Below are positions 39,374 through 48,730 of a stretch of DNA of 64,000 nt, piece by piece. The position numbers were made by a program, and so were the translations under genes. Under the pieces are notes generated by a model. It made no database searches and was not told where the DNA came from. It saw only the letters and a list, made by a program, of their open reading frames with translations. The number at the start of each line of letters is the position of its first letter. Position 1 is the stretch's first letter. Source of the DNA: an uncultured archaeon (GTDB lineage Archaea; Asgardarchaeota; Lokiarchaeia; Sigyniarchaeales; SOKP01); assembly GCA_964632315.1 (NCBI GenBank), contig CAZWEM010000019.1, positions 1,486-65,485 of the forward strand, written 5' to 3'.

Positions 39374-40801
39374 TTAAGTTGATAATTCATCTCTAACTTT
39401 TTTATATAATTTATCTAACTCTTTTTCAATGGTATTATCTAAAGGTTGAGGATGGTACTTTTTAAGAGTTGCCTCTTTATATTCTATACAACGTTTTTTC
39501 ATATCAGATGAGCCATTTTTGATCCAGACATCATATCCTTCTCTATCTAATAGCGATGGAAACCATAACTCTTTTCGTATTACCTTTGTTGTATGGGGTT
39601 CCTTAAGAAAAGAGCCCTGCGGTCCTACTTTATGAAGAATATTAGAAAAAAAAGCCTCCTCACTTACATCTAAAGTTCTGTTAACATTTTCAACATAAGA
39701 AATAATCTCAGATTGCATAGCAAGAATGTCTAATGAAGCACCTTGATCCATCCCACAAATACCCATGTGACCAAAGATATCTGCTCCGGAAGAAGCCCCT
39801 AAAGCTAAAGTAATTCCACTTTCCAGTCCCGCCTGTGCATCAAGTTCTTTGGAATCTGTTAACCCCACATTGATATAAACAGGAAATCCATAGAATTTTC
39901 CCATTTGAGTCATGGCAATTGAATATATCGCTTGTTCAGGACCTCCAAAAATGATTTGTGCTGTTCTCACATCGAAAGCATGGCATATTCCTCCATAACA
40001 GATTGGCAATCCTTCTCGAATTAACTGTGTAATGCATATTGCAGCAAGGATTTCGGCATTTTCTTGGGTCAATGTTCCCACGATTGTTGGAGGTGCTGAA
40101 ACACCCATTTGGGCCATCGGACCAATATGCACTGGTAAATTAAGTTTACATGTTTCAAATAATAGATCTATACCGTGAAAGGGAAAACTTAAAGGACTTA
40201 TGGGTTCAAACAATGGGTAAAATAAGGGGTGCTTTTCTGCGCTTTCTTTATCTCCTCTCAAAATAATTAGTAATTCATTCAAAAATTTAGCAGATTTCCT
40301 ATCATAAAACCAGAAATTGATTGGTTTTGCAGTATTTTTTATCATTTTTAATGCTACGGCAAAGCATCGATATTCCAAAGGGATATCCAATGGATCTGAC
40401 ATCGCTCCAGGAATATTTATCTGATTCAGAACATCTGCAAATCTCGTGGCCTTCTCAACATCATTTAAATTAGGATATCGTCGAGAACCTCCCAGATTAT
40501 CTATCCAAAATGCTTGACCAGCTGAAGAATTATAATTGCGTTTTCCTCTCCCAAATTCTGCTTTTTTGGAGAGATCACGTCCATATATGGTAAATTCCTT
40601 CGTGGCTTTTCCAATTAGTTCGTTTACTATACTTGGAGATACTTTTACTAATCGTTTCTTGAAATCAACTAAAGCTCCAAATTCCTTGAAGCGATCTAAG
40701 ACCTCATCATGAGGAACTATAAATCCCGTATTTCCAAGAATTTCAAGAGATTTTTCGTGAATTTTCTCAATTTGGGAGTTATTTAATATTTCAACATGCA
40801 A
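39374..40801 (-). CDS. MttB-superfamily methyltransferase, non-pyrrolysine type (quaternary-amine:corrinoid methyltransferase-like)
   Basis: 475-aa uninterrupted ORF. N-terminal LNNSQIEKIHEKSLEILGNTG is typical of the MttB family. No in-frame TAG. TTG start. Confidence 0.8.
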   Translation of the reverse strand: MHVEILNNSQIEKIHEKSLEILGNTGFIVPHDEVLDRFKEFGALVDFKKRLVKVSPSIVNELIGKATKEFTIYGRDLSKKAEFGRGKRNYNSSAGQAFWIDNLGGSRRYPNLNDVEKATRFADVLNQINIPGAMSDPLDIPLEYRCFAVALKMIKNTAKPINFWFYDRKSAKFLNELLIILRGDKESAEKHPLFYPLFEPISPLSFPFHGIDLLFETCKLNLPVHIGPMAQMGVSAPPTIVGTLTQENAEILAAICITQLIREGLPICYGGICHAFDVRTAQIIFGGPEQAIYSIAMTQMGKFYGFPVYINVGLTDSKELDAQAGLESGITLALGASSGADIFGHMGICGMDQGASLDILAMQSEIISYVENVNRTLDVSEEAFFSNILHKVGPQGSFLKEPHTTKVIRKELWFPSLLDREGYDVWIKNGSSDMKKRCIEYKEATLKKYHPQPLDNTIEKELDKLYKKVRDELST

Positions 40802-41037
40802 CTTGATTATTCACATACATATAATTTTATATTTAAAGAAGGTTGATTGATATTCTTAGTTGCTTGAATAAATATAAAAGGTTTTCTTTTTCATTTCACC
40901 TAATAGTTAACTCTTAAAACTGTTAAAAGTTTATAATCAATAATCTCAAGAAATTAATATGATTCAAACATTACTCAACACGAGAAGAGTATAATTAATT
41001 TTAATTATGGTGTAATAACATTCCTGTTCAAAATTTT

Positions 41038-41505
41038 ATGGAACTCTACAAGTACCTACCAAAAACAAACTGCAAGAAATGTGGTAAACCAACTTGCATG
41101 GCTTTTGCTTTGGATTTATTGCAAGGTAAAGTAAAAGTGGACGATTGTACGCCTTTACTGGAGCCCAAGTATGCCAAAAAATATGAAGCCCTTAAAGAAT
41201 TGATAGGTTCGGAAGAGGGAAAAGAAAAAGAGTTAAGAATAAATGTAGATACCGATCTTTGCGATGGTTGTGGAATCTGTGTTACGGTTTGCCCTGTAAA
41301 TGCTCGATATTGTCCACCAACATTAAGTGGTAAAGCTCCTAATTATCCTCCCGAAAAACACCAATTATTTCAAGTAAAGATGGGAAAATGCGAGCTGCTC
41401 AACTTAGAGCATTGTAGACGGTTAGATGCAGAGGGGAGAGAAAGAGAATGCCGGGTTTGTGAGACATATTGTCCTCGAGAAGCCATAAAAATCGAATATG
41501 TATAA
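41038..41505 (+). CDS. Fe-S protein: CFeSP-type N-terminal [4Fe-4S] domain fused to 2x[4Fe-4S] ferredoxin
   Basis: YLPKTNCKKCGKPTCMAFALDL (as in AcsC/CdhE N-termini), then CDGCGICVTVCP and CRVCETYCP. Confidence 0.75.
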   Translation: MELYKYLPKTNCKKCGKPTCMAFALDLLQGKVKVDDCTPLLEPKYAKKYEALKELIGSEEGKEKELRINVDTDLCDGCGICVTVCPVNARYCPPTLSGKAPNYPPEKHQLFQVKMGKCELLNLEHCRRLDAEGRERECRVCETYCPREAIKIEYV

Positions 41506-41524
41506 AGTATAAAGAGGTTCAAAC

Positions 41525-42832
41525 ATGAAACGTGTTACTTGTACCGGATGTTCTTTATTATGTGATGATATCATAATAAGAACTGATGGTTTATTTATTG
41601 ATGAAGTTGTTGGCACTTGTCTGAAAGGTAAAGAACATTTTGATCAAATTACTGCTAAAAATAGACTTTTATATCCATCAGTCAGAAAGCAAGACAAACT
41701 AGAAAAAGCATCATGGGATGAAGCTTATGATAAGGCACTTGATTTAATAAAAGCTGCAAAAAATCCACTCCTATATGGATTTTCGACATCAAACTGTGAA
41801 GCGCAATTAAAAGGAATGAAACTTGCTAAAGAATTAGATGGATTCGTAACTTCAAATGCAGCAATCTGTCAAGGAAAAGTGCTAGAAGCATCTAAAGAAA
41901 AAGGGTTAACCCTTACTTCTATTACTGAGGTGATAAATAAGGCAGATTTAATTATTTCTTGGGGTGCGAATGTTGCGGAATCAATTCCAAGATTGTTAAA
42001 TAAAGTATTATTCTCTCGCGGAAAATTTCGAATGACTGGGAGAGAAATTAAAACATTTGTTATTATCGATCCTGTCCAAACAGCTTCATTTGGGGTGATG
42101 GGTGTAAGGGATCTTGCTCTGAAAATCGAACCAAATAAAGATATTGAGTTAATAAGGTTATTAAAGGAAGAATGCTGTAAGGTAGGGTCGCTTCCTCCGG
42201 AAGGCGTAGCAGGAATTGACAGCGACGATTTAAAGAGGCTTTTACTTCATCTAACTGGAGCAGAATACGGAGTAATTTTAGTTGGACAGGGATTATTGAC
42301 CCCAAATAAAGATTTCGACCTTCTTAAGGAATTTTTAGAATTAATCGATTTAATCCAATCAAAACAAGAAAAAGGAAGGATTTCTTTGATGTTATTAGGT
42401 GGTCATTACAATATGGCGGGATTTGATCATGTGTCCCTTGCTAATTTTGGGATGAATGGAAGCCTTCAATTCAAAAACAAAGAGAGAGTTGATTCTGAGG
42501 ATAATTTAGTTTCTAAAATTGAATCTGAAAATTTTGATTTATCTATTTTTGTAGGTACTGATCCAATATCCCATCTACCATATAAACTGAGTAAAAAAAT
42601 CCTCAAACATCCAATCATCTTAATTGATAACAAACGATCTGCTACGGTGGAGTTTGCAGACATTGTATTACCCAGTTCGATTACTGGAATAGAAAACAGT
42701 GGAATAGCTATTAGATTGGATCAAGTGCCAATACAACTTCAAAAAATTATTAATTCTCCCAATAACATACCTTCTGATGAAGAAATATTGGCTAATCTTT
42801 TACTTAAATTACACCAAGATGGTGAGAAATAA
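41525..42832 (+). CDS. fwdB: formylmethanofuran dehydrogenase subunit B (molybdopterin/tungstopterin subunit)
   Basis: N-terminal VTCTGCSLLCDDI...GTCLKG Fe-S motif; 435 aa. Followed directly by fwdD and fwdA. No in-frame TGA, so the Cys type rather than Sec. Confidence 0.8.
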   Translation: MKRVTCTGCSLLCDDIIIRTDGLFIDEVVGTCLKGKEHFDQITAKNRLLYPSVRKQDKLEKASWDEAYDKALDLIKAAKNPLLYGFSTSNCEAQLKGMKLAKELDGFVTSNAAICQGKVLEASKEKGLTLTSITEVINKADLIISWGANVAESIPRLLNKVLFSRGKFRMTGREIKTFVIIDPVQTASFGVMGVRDLALKIEPNKDIELIRLLKEECCKVGSLPPEGVAGIDSDDLKRLLLHLTGAEYGVILVGQGLLTPNKDFDLLKEFLELIDLIQSKQEKGRISLMLLGGHYNMAGFDHVSLANFGMNGSLQFKNKERVDSEDNLVSKIESENFDLSIFVGTDPISHLPYKLSKKILKHPIILIDNKRSATVEFADIVLPSSITGIENSGIAIRLDQVPIQLQKIINSPNNIPSDEEILANLLLKLHQDGEK

Positions 42833-42833
42833 A

Positions 42834-43214
42834 ATGAAGTTACGGTTAAACACTTCAAGAAAATTAGACAATGATCAAGCTCGCGAACAAGCATTTGGAG
42901 ATGATACATCATTAAAGGAGAACTTAGCAATTGCTTTTTTCAATCCTCTTGATATAAAAGAGTTAAATATTAAATCAGATACAAACGTTTTAATCTCCAA
43001 TGACAATGGAAGTGTAGTAGTTAAATGTAAAGTAGACGAAAAGCTACCTCAAGGGATGGTGTTGATGCCAGTTTCCATTTGGGCCAATCAAATCACTTTT
43101 GTTTTAAATGATGATTTAATTTTTAAAAATATTATCGTTCAAATTGAACCAACTGAAGAAAAAGTTTTAGAGTATGAAGATCTGCTTCAAAAAGTTAAAC
43201 GGGGAGAAGAATGA
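42834..43214 (+). CDS. fwdD: formylmethanofuran dehydrogenase subunit D
   Basis: MKLRLNTSRK...GSVVVKCKVDEKLPQGMVLMPVSIWANQ...FKNIIVQIEPTEEKV. ATG is 1 nt after the fwdB stop. The longer ORF-track start at 42777 overlaps fwdB. Confidence 0.8.
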   Translation: MKLRLNTSRKLDNDQAREQAFGDDTSLKENLAIAFFNPLDIKELNIKSDTNVLISNDNGSVVVKCKVDEKLPQGMVLMPVSIWANQITFVLNDDLIFKNIIVQIEPTEEKVLEYEDLLQKVKRGEE

Positions 43215-44875
43215 CTAAGTTTCTTATCAAGAATGGAATTGTTTATGATCCTCTAAATAACATTGGTGGGGAAGTAAAAGATATCCTAATTGAGGAGGGT
43301 AAAATTGTTGAAAAATTTTCGAATCAAGAGGATATAAAAGAGATTGATTCAAAAAATAAAACTGTAGTACCAGCTGCGATCGATATTCACGCTCATGTTG
43401 CATCGCAACAAGTTAATTGGGCTAGGTTATTAGGCACTAAAAATCCAGCATTCCAAAAAACATGGAAAGGATTGACATTGGATTTTATAGCTGAACAATA
43501 TTTATCAAATGGGTTTACTTTTGTACTTGAAGCTAATGTTTTTCCTTCACTAGCTTCCCAAACGGCTCTTAATCTCACAAGTTTACCCGTATTGGATTCA
43601 GCCTATTTATTGAATTTAAGTAATTTTTGGCCAATGGAATTAGAATTCCAGAAAGGGATGGTGGATCAAGCATCAGCCTACATTTCAGATATATTAGAAA
43701 AAACAAAAGCATTCGGTTTAAAGATATACAATCCTTTTGAAAGAGAAGACTGGAATTTTAATAAGTTAAGAGATGATTTGGAGAAAAATGGACGTCTATA
43801 TAATTTTGCTCCCCTTGATGTTTATGAAAACATGGCGAAGTATGTGGAAAATTTAAAATTACCTCATTCAATTCACGCTCATATAGACGCTTACGAAAAT
43901 GAACAAGCCAAAAGGAATTTAAGCTTAGTTTTAGCCCGGATTAAGGAATTAAATTTAGAAAGCCCGAATAAGTCAAAACAAGGGAAAAGATCTCAGGTGT
44001 TTCATATTGCTCATGCATCATCGTATAACACAGATGGAGATAATTCAGAACTGATTAAGTTTTATAATGAAAATGCTGAATTTGATTTAGATATAGGATT
44101 TCTCGGATTTGATCCGATTAATCCCGTGATTTCTGGAGATCGTCGTTTTATAACTACCTTATCAAATCAAGAAAATTCTTTTAACGTGATTAGATCGGCT
44201 ATCGAACTTGAAGGAGATACTTTTTCTTCGCTTCGGACATTTAATAAACAGAACAATAATCACTGTACTATTTGGGCAAATGGATTAGATCTTGCTCTTA
44301 ATATTAAGAATAAATGGCAGATCCAGTTCTCAGTGAATTTTCCAAACTATTCAAGCATCTCTAAAGTACCCCAAATTGCATCTTGGCTTTTAAGTAACAA
44401 AGCTCGAGAAGACTTCATAAAGGATTTTGATTCTAAATTCTTAAAAGATAATACTATTTCATCTAATAGTGATTCTCTTAGTTTTCTTGAATATATTACC
44501 ATAACCAGAGCGAGTCCTGCAAAATCTTTAGGAATAGGAGATATAAAGGGAAATTTAGGAGAGGGTGCTGACGGAGATTTAAATATCATAGATCTAAATC
44601 TTGAGCAAGTAGATATTCAAAATAATTATCAAACTCTTATTGATGCCTTTTCTAACATAAATTTTGTGTTAAAAGAGGGATATATAATTAAAAAAGATCA
44701 CAATTTAGATTTATCACCCAATGGTAAGATATATTGGACCGAGGGCATCCCAAAGAAAGAGAGAGATACGTTTGTTTTAAATAAAAAGAAGGAATTTTAT
44801 GAGAAATATTATTCTTCTTTCTATAAATCTACTAAAGTGAATTTAAAAGAAACATCCTTAAGAAAAGTAAACTAG
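43211..44875 (+). CDS. fwdA: formylmethanofuran dehydrogenase subunit A (amidohydrolase)
   Basis: FLIKNGIVYDPLNNIGGEVKDILIEEGKIVEKF, AAIDIHAHV metal motif; 554 aa. ATGA overlap with fwdD. Confidence 0.85.
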   Translation: MTKFLIKNGIVYDPLNNIGGEVKDILIEEGKIVEKFSNQEDIKEIDSKNKTVVPAAIDIHAHVASQQVNWARLLGTKNPAFQKTWKGLTLDFIAEQYLSNGFTFVLEANVFPSLASQTALNLTSLPVLDSAYLLNLSNFWPMELEFQKGMVDQASAYISDILEKTKAFGLKIYNPFEREDWNFNKLRDDLEKNGRLYNFAPLDVYENMAKYVENLKLPHSIHAHIDAYENEQAKRNLSLVLARIKELNLESPNKSKQGKRSQVFHIAHASSYNTDGDNSELIKFYNENAEFDLDIGFLGFDPINPVISGDRRFITTLSNQENSFNVIRSAIELEGDTFSSLRTFNKQNNNHCTIWANGLDLALNIKNKWQIQFSVNFPNYSSISKVPQIASWLLSNKAREDFIKDFDSKFLKDNTISSNSDSLSFLEYITITRASPAKSLGIGDIKGNLGEGADGDLNIIDLNLEQVDIQNNYQTLIDAFSNINFVLKEGYIIKKDHNLDLSPNGKIYWTEGIPKKERDTFVLNKKKEFYEKYYSSFYKSTKVNLKETSLRKVN

Positions 44876-45035
44876 TCAATCCATCCATATTTCTTCTTTT
44901 ATTTTAACGATATTTTTGTATATAACTCTTCACGTTTTTACAAGAAAGTCAATTTGCTATTTTTGGATTTCCTTAAATTTATTTAGGTAAGAGAGATTAA
45001 TGCTTTAAACATAATTTAAAAGAATTTTTAGACTC

Positions 45036-46067
45036 ATGCTACAGAAATTTAAGTTATTTATTAAAGAACTCAAGAAAAATCGGATTTTAAGTTATAGTTG
45101 GGTAGTAACCAATATTTTAATCATTTTCTACATGATAATTTACATCTCAATTGGTCCCGCGATGAATCTTCCAGTACCTGGGGAGTTGTTAGATTTACAC
45201 GGGTTTTCATTTTTGCTGCTAATCACATATTCCTTTTTCCTACTATTTTTATTAGTAATTACGTGGGTAAAATCGTTTTATGCGAAAATTCTAGATAATC
45301 ACACTATTTTAAAACTGGTTGGTTTAAACATTCTATTTTTTGTATTAGCCTTATTCATTCCTATTATCATCTTTATCGGTTTGTATATTATTGCGTACTT
45401 TATGTGGTATGTAATAAATGCCATTGTATTCACCTTATTTCTTAAAGATATCTCTTCTAAAGTTTCAGAAAAATTAATAAAAAATGAAAAAGTATACCTA
45501 ATTTCTCAAATAATATTTTGGGTTATTTCTTTTGGATTATTTGGATTCTTGTTCATGTCTATTCCATGGATGAGTCTGAATATCTTCCAGCAAATGCCAT
45601 TGCTCATATTTCCTTTATTTATTATCATATTACCTTTAATAAACTTCATTCTGAAATCAAAAACGGGCTTACGTCCTCCGATCACACTATTCGCCATATT
45701 AATTTCTGCTTACACATTTTATACTTGGTTTCGATATTTAAATTGGACTAATCAAACCGATCTATTAACGATAAGTGATGCTATACTTGACATTGTAATG
45801 ATTACCTACATCTATTTTTCTTTATTTAAAAACGCGAATAAACTTGCTGAAAAGTTGAATAATAAAATCTCTTATGAACAATTATTGCTACTATTTATAT
45901 GGGCTCGTATTTCCTCAATGATTCTTCTACTTACTGTGAGTGATTATGAACTTTTAGGTATATCTGCATCTGAAGGTACTTATCTAATTTCCATGTTTTT
46001 ACTAATTGTTGTTGGATTCGTAATTGGTTTTTATTGGATTCGTAAAGGCTTCAATAAAGAAAAATAA
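45036..46067 (+). CDS. polytopic membrane protein, unknown function
   Basis: 343 aa, about 9-10 hydrophobic segments. Confidence 0.65.
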   Translation: MLQKFKLFIKELKKNRILSYSWVVTNILIIFYMIIYISIGPAMNLPVPGELLDLHGFSFLLLITYSFFLLFLLVITWVKSFYAKILDNHTILKLVGLNILFFVLALFIPIIIFIGLYIIAYFMWYVINAIVFTLFLKDISSKVSEKLIKNEKVYLISQIIFWVISFGLFGFLFMSIPWMSLNIFQQMPLLIFPLFIIILPLINFILKSKTGLRPPITLFAILISAYTFYTWFRYLNWTNQTDLLTISDAILDIVMITYIYFSLFKNANKLAEKLNNKISYEQLLLLFIWARISSMILLLTVSDYELLGISASEGTYLISMFLLIVVGFVIGFYWIRKGFNKEK

Positions 46068-46089
46068 AATTTAAATTTGGATCAGAAAA

Positions 46090-47559
46090 TTACCCAATAA
46101 CATGGTAATGCAGTGAAGATCTATAATAATACCGCGGAGATATAATGTACGCCAATGGTCTTCTCTTGATATAATCCTGTAAATCTTTTTCCAAAAACGA
46201 ATAGGTAATTAGATGAACAATAGGAACTACGAGATGTTTCCATCTTTCAAGATAATTTTGTGAAATATTGTTTTCAATTTCGATGATTTTTTGATTCATT
46301 GTTAATAGTAAGGCATACTCAATCAACTCCGGAATAAATTTAGCACTTTGTGCTTTTAGGATGTTAATCTCAGCACGAAGGAAGACCATCCAAGTTTCTT
46401 CTGGATCCCACGGGAACAAGCTAGCAACTGTTGAGAAAAACTTTGAACCTTCAGGAATATCCTTTAGCTGATCTTGAAAATAATCGCATTTAGTTCTATC
46501 ATCTACTAGAGGTAGTATAAAAGAAGCATAACGCACTTCGTCGAAAAGCTCCCCAAGTGGTTTTTTTTCAAAAATATCAACTAGAAGATCGTAATAATTA
46601 TTTCCACTCATTTCATCTTCAGGATGTTGTTCTGTCCAACTCGAAAACAATCTACCTATCATTGTAGATGCTGATCGGAGTTTCCTATCATAAACCCTAT
46701 GTTTATCTAATGCTGCTTTAATTTCACTAGCAGGATTATTAGACCTAAAAGAATACCTCATCTCATTTTCAATACCTCTAATTTTGTTTAAACTTGTAGG
46801 AATGGGTGAATTTGGCTGGTTTAACGCATTTATGCTCAATTTCATCATTCTCTTTTCAGCATTGCTGTAGGAATATTCTCTATTTGTAATGTTATTAAAA
46901 GCACTTATTAATCTCCTATTATCAATGTTTATCATATATAGCGCCCATATAGCTGAAAATGAACTATTATTCATTAGATTTGCAACATCTTTTATGAGAT
47001 CAACAAAAGCATCATCAAGTTGTTCAATCACATTAATTAACGATGGAAGTTCTTTGGAATAAAATCTTTTGCGGGCTTTTATCTCATCAATCAAGTTTTC
47101 TCCGTTCGGAGTCAATATAACCTTCTTCCCATTAACCTTAACCGATTGTTCAGCAGATTGCTTCTGATCATTTAAGTTAAGGATTTGGTCCTTAATGATT
47201 GAGACTTGAACGTTTTTATTTTCTACTTGGGCTTTTATCTTTTTTATTTTAGACTTAAGAAATCGACCTTTTCCAATAAAAATATAGCTGATTAATTTTG
47301 AAATTAAAGATAAATGTTCATAATCTCGTTCCAGGGATAAGAGTTCCTTGCTAATCTCATTTATTTCACTGTTTACTTGAGAGTAATTAGCTTTCAAGGT
47401 TGCTAACTCTCTAATAACTTGCTCATTGGGAATATTATTTTTATATTCGTCTAAAAGAGAGTATTTGATTAGCTCCATTATTTCTTCTCTAGAACATAAA
47501 ATACTTACTCTACTTTTAACCGAAGTTAATATTTCTAACGCTCTTTCACAATTCATCAT
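46090..47559 (-). CDS. hypothetical protein with N-terminal coiled-coil region
   Basis: 489 aa. Start ATG shares one nucleotide with the upstream stop (TAATG at 47557-47561). No family motif recognised. Confidence 0.6.
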   Translation of the reverse strand: MMNCERALEILTSVKSRVSILCSREEIMELIKYSLLDEYKNNIPNEQVIRELATLKANYSQVNSEINEISKELLSLERDYEHLSLISKLISYIFIGKGRFLKSKIKKIKAQVENKNVQVSIIKDQILNLNDQKQSAEQSVKVNGKKVILTPNGENLIDEIKARKRFYSKELPSLINVIEQLDDAFVDLIKDVANLMNNSSFSAIWALYMINIDNRRLISAFNNITNREYSYSNAEKRMMKLSINALNQPNSPIPTSLNKIRGIENEMRYSFRSNNPASEIKAALDKHRVYDRKLRSASTMIGRLFSSWTEQHPEDEMSGNNYYDLLVDIFEKKPLGELFDEVRYASFILPLVDDRTKCDYFQDQLKDIPEGSKFFSTVASLFPWDPEETWMVFLRAEINILKAQSAKFIPELIEYALLLTMNQKIIEIENNISQNYLERWKHLVVPIVHLITYSFLEKDLQDYIKRRPLAYIISPRYYYRSSLHYHVIG

Positions 47560-48695
47560 TAATTCACCATTTCTATTAATGGTATTTCTATAGGTGGTAC
47601 AGAGGAGACCTCTAAAATAATATTTAGATTATCGTCATATTGCTCAGCACGTGCAATATGATCTTTATTTAATGCCATTTGGATAAGTAAAGAGAGTTCA
47701 TCTCTTTGGCTTTCCCAAGTGACTATATTTTCTTTCAATTGATGTCTATAAGTGTCCAATTTAACTAAGGCAAATAAAAACTCAAAAACAAGTTTTTCCC
47801 ATTCTTTTGTTTGAATCTCAGAAAAGTCCTTGAGTGACACCGAATGCCAGATTAGACCTTCCAAATCGGCAAAATGAATTTTTCCATCAGGAGCAACTAC
47901 GCAATCTTTATCTAACCATACATCTTGATAGATGATTCCCTTGATCTTATCTCCTTCTATTTTTGCTGAACGCCCAAATAAAGATAATAATGCGATACCA
48001 CTGCTGATGAAATTTAATTCAAAATTCTCCATCAATTTTTCATTTGTAATTTCAAAAAGGTTAAGAAAAGAATGCGGATTTGCCACAACACGGGGAGATT
48101 CAAAATATAACCGGATATTAGATGGCATTAATCTAATTATTTGATAAAAATTTTTTTTATAGGTTCTGAACCAAAAAAATTTTCGAGCTACACTCTCAAT
48201 TTCAGATGGTAATTGAACGACAGCGATAACCGGACAAATATATGCTCCATTTATAGAATCTTTTTTTGCTATAACCGAGAATTTCAATTCATCAAACCCA
48301 TTTACATACCCTTGGCATCCATAGGGGCTTTCCCCCATCCAAGATTCTGCCATCATAAATCCCGTATATGTATTTAGATGTTGAACCCTCGATATAAAAT
48401 TTTTATCTCTACAAGCATTAATTATATTAGAACGTGTTAATCTCCCACCTGAAAACATATCCTCATATGCTCCACAACCTTTAACCCCCAAATAATAGGT
48501 TTTATCATCTATATCAATAGAATATTTTGGGATTATTGCATTTCGATTTTCATCCTTAATTGCATCATGTGATGGTTTGTCTATGCCATGTAGTTCTGCA
48601 GTAGCTGGACCTAAATAACAATTTATCCACCTTTTATAAGACTTAAATTGAGGATTAACTTCACACATTTCAGGATTAACTTCATATAGTTTCAT
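47559..48695 (-). CDS. hypothetical protein (possible nucleotide-binding enzyme; Gly-rich YLGVKGCGA and HFADLEG segments)
   Basis: The ORF is open to 48839, but that start overlaps the upstream gene by 109 nt. The internal ATG at 48695 leaves a 35-nt gap. Confidence 0.6.
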   Translation of the reverse strand: MKLYEVNPEMCEVNPQFKSYKRWINCYLGPATAELHGIDKPSHDAIKDENRNAIIPKYSIDIDDKTYYLGVKGCGAYEDMFSGGRLTRSNIINACRDKNFISRVQHLNTYTGFMMAESWMGESPYGCQGYVNGFDELKFSVIAKKDSINGAYICPVIAVVQLPSEIESVARKFFWFRTYKKNFYQIIRLMPSNIRLYFESPRVVANPHSFLNLFEITNEKLMENFELNFISSGIALLSLFGRSAKIEGDKIKGIIYQDVWLDKDCVVAPDGKIHFADLEGLIWHSVSLKDFSEIQTKEWEKLVFEFLFALVKLDTYRHQLKENIVTWESQRDELSLLIQMALNKDHIARAEQYDDNLNIILEVSSVPPIEIPLIEMVN

Positions 48696-48730
48696 ATTAG
48701 AGGATTCCAGTAAGTATTGCTGGAATTTAT

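Noticed and set aside
39374-40801. Possibility that the MttB homolog is a genuine trimethylamine methyltransferase
   Set aside because: Canonical MttB needs an in-frame TAG (pyrrolysine). This ORF is continuous over the full family length, so it belongs to the non-Pyl branch.
42777-42833. Longer start for fwdD given by the ORF track
   Set aside because: It would overlap fwdB by 56 nt and add a hydrophobic non-homologous leader. The ATG at 42834 sits 1 nt after the fwdB stop and matches the typical FwdD N-terminus (MKLRLNTSR).
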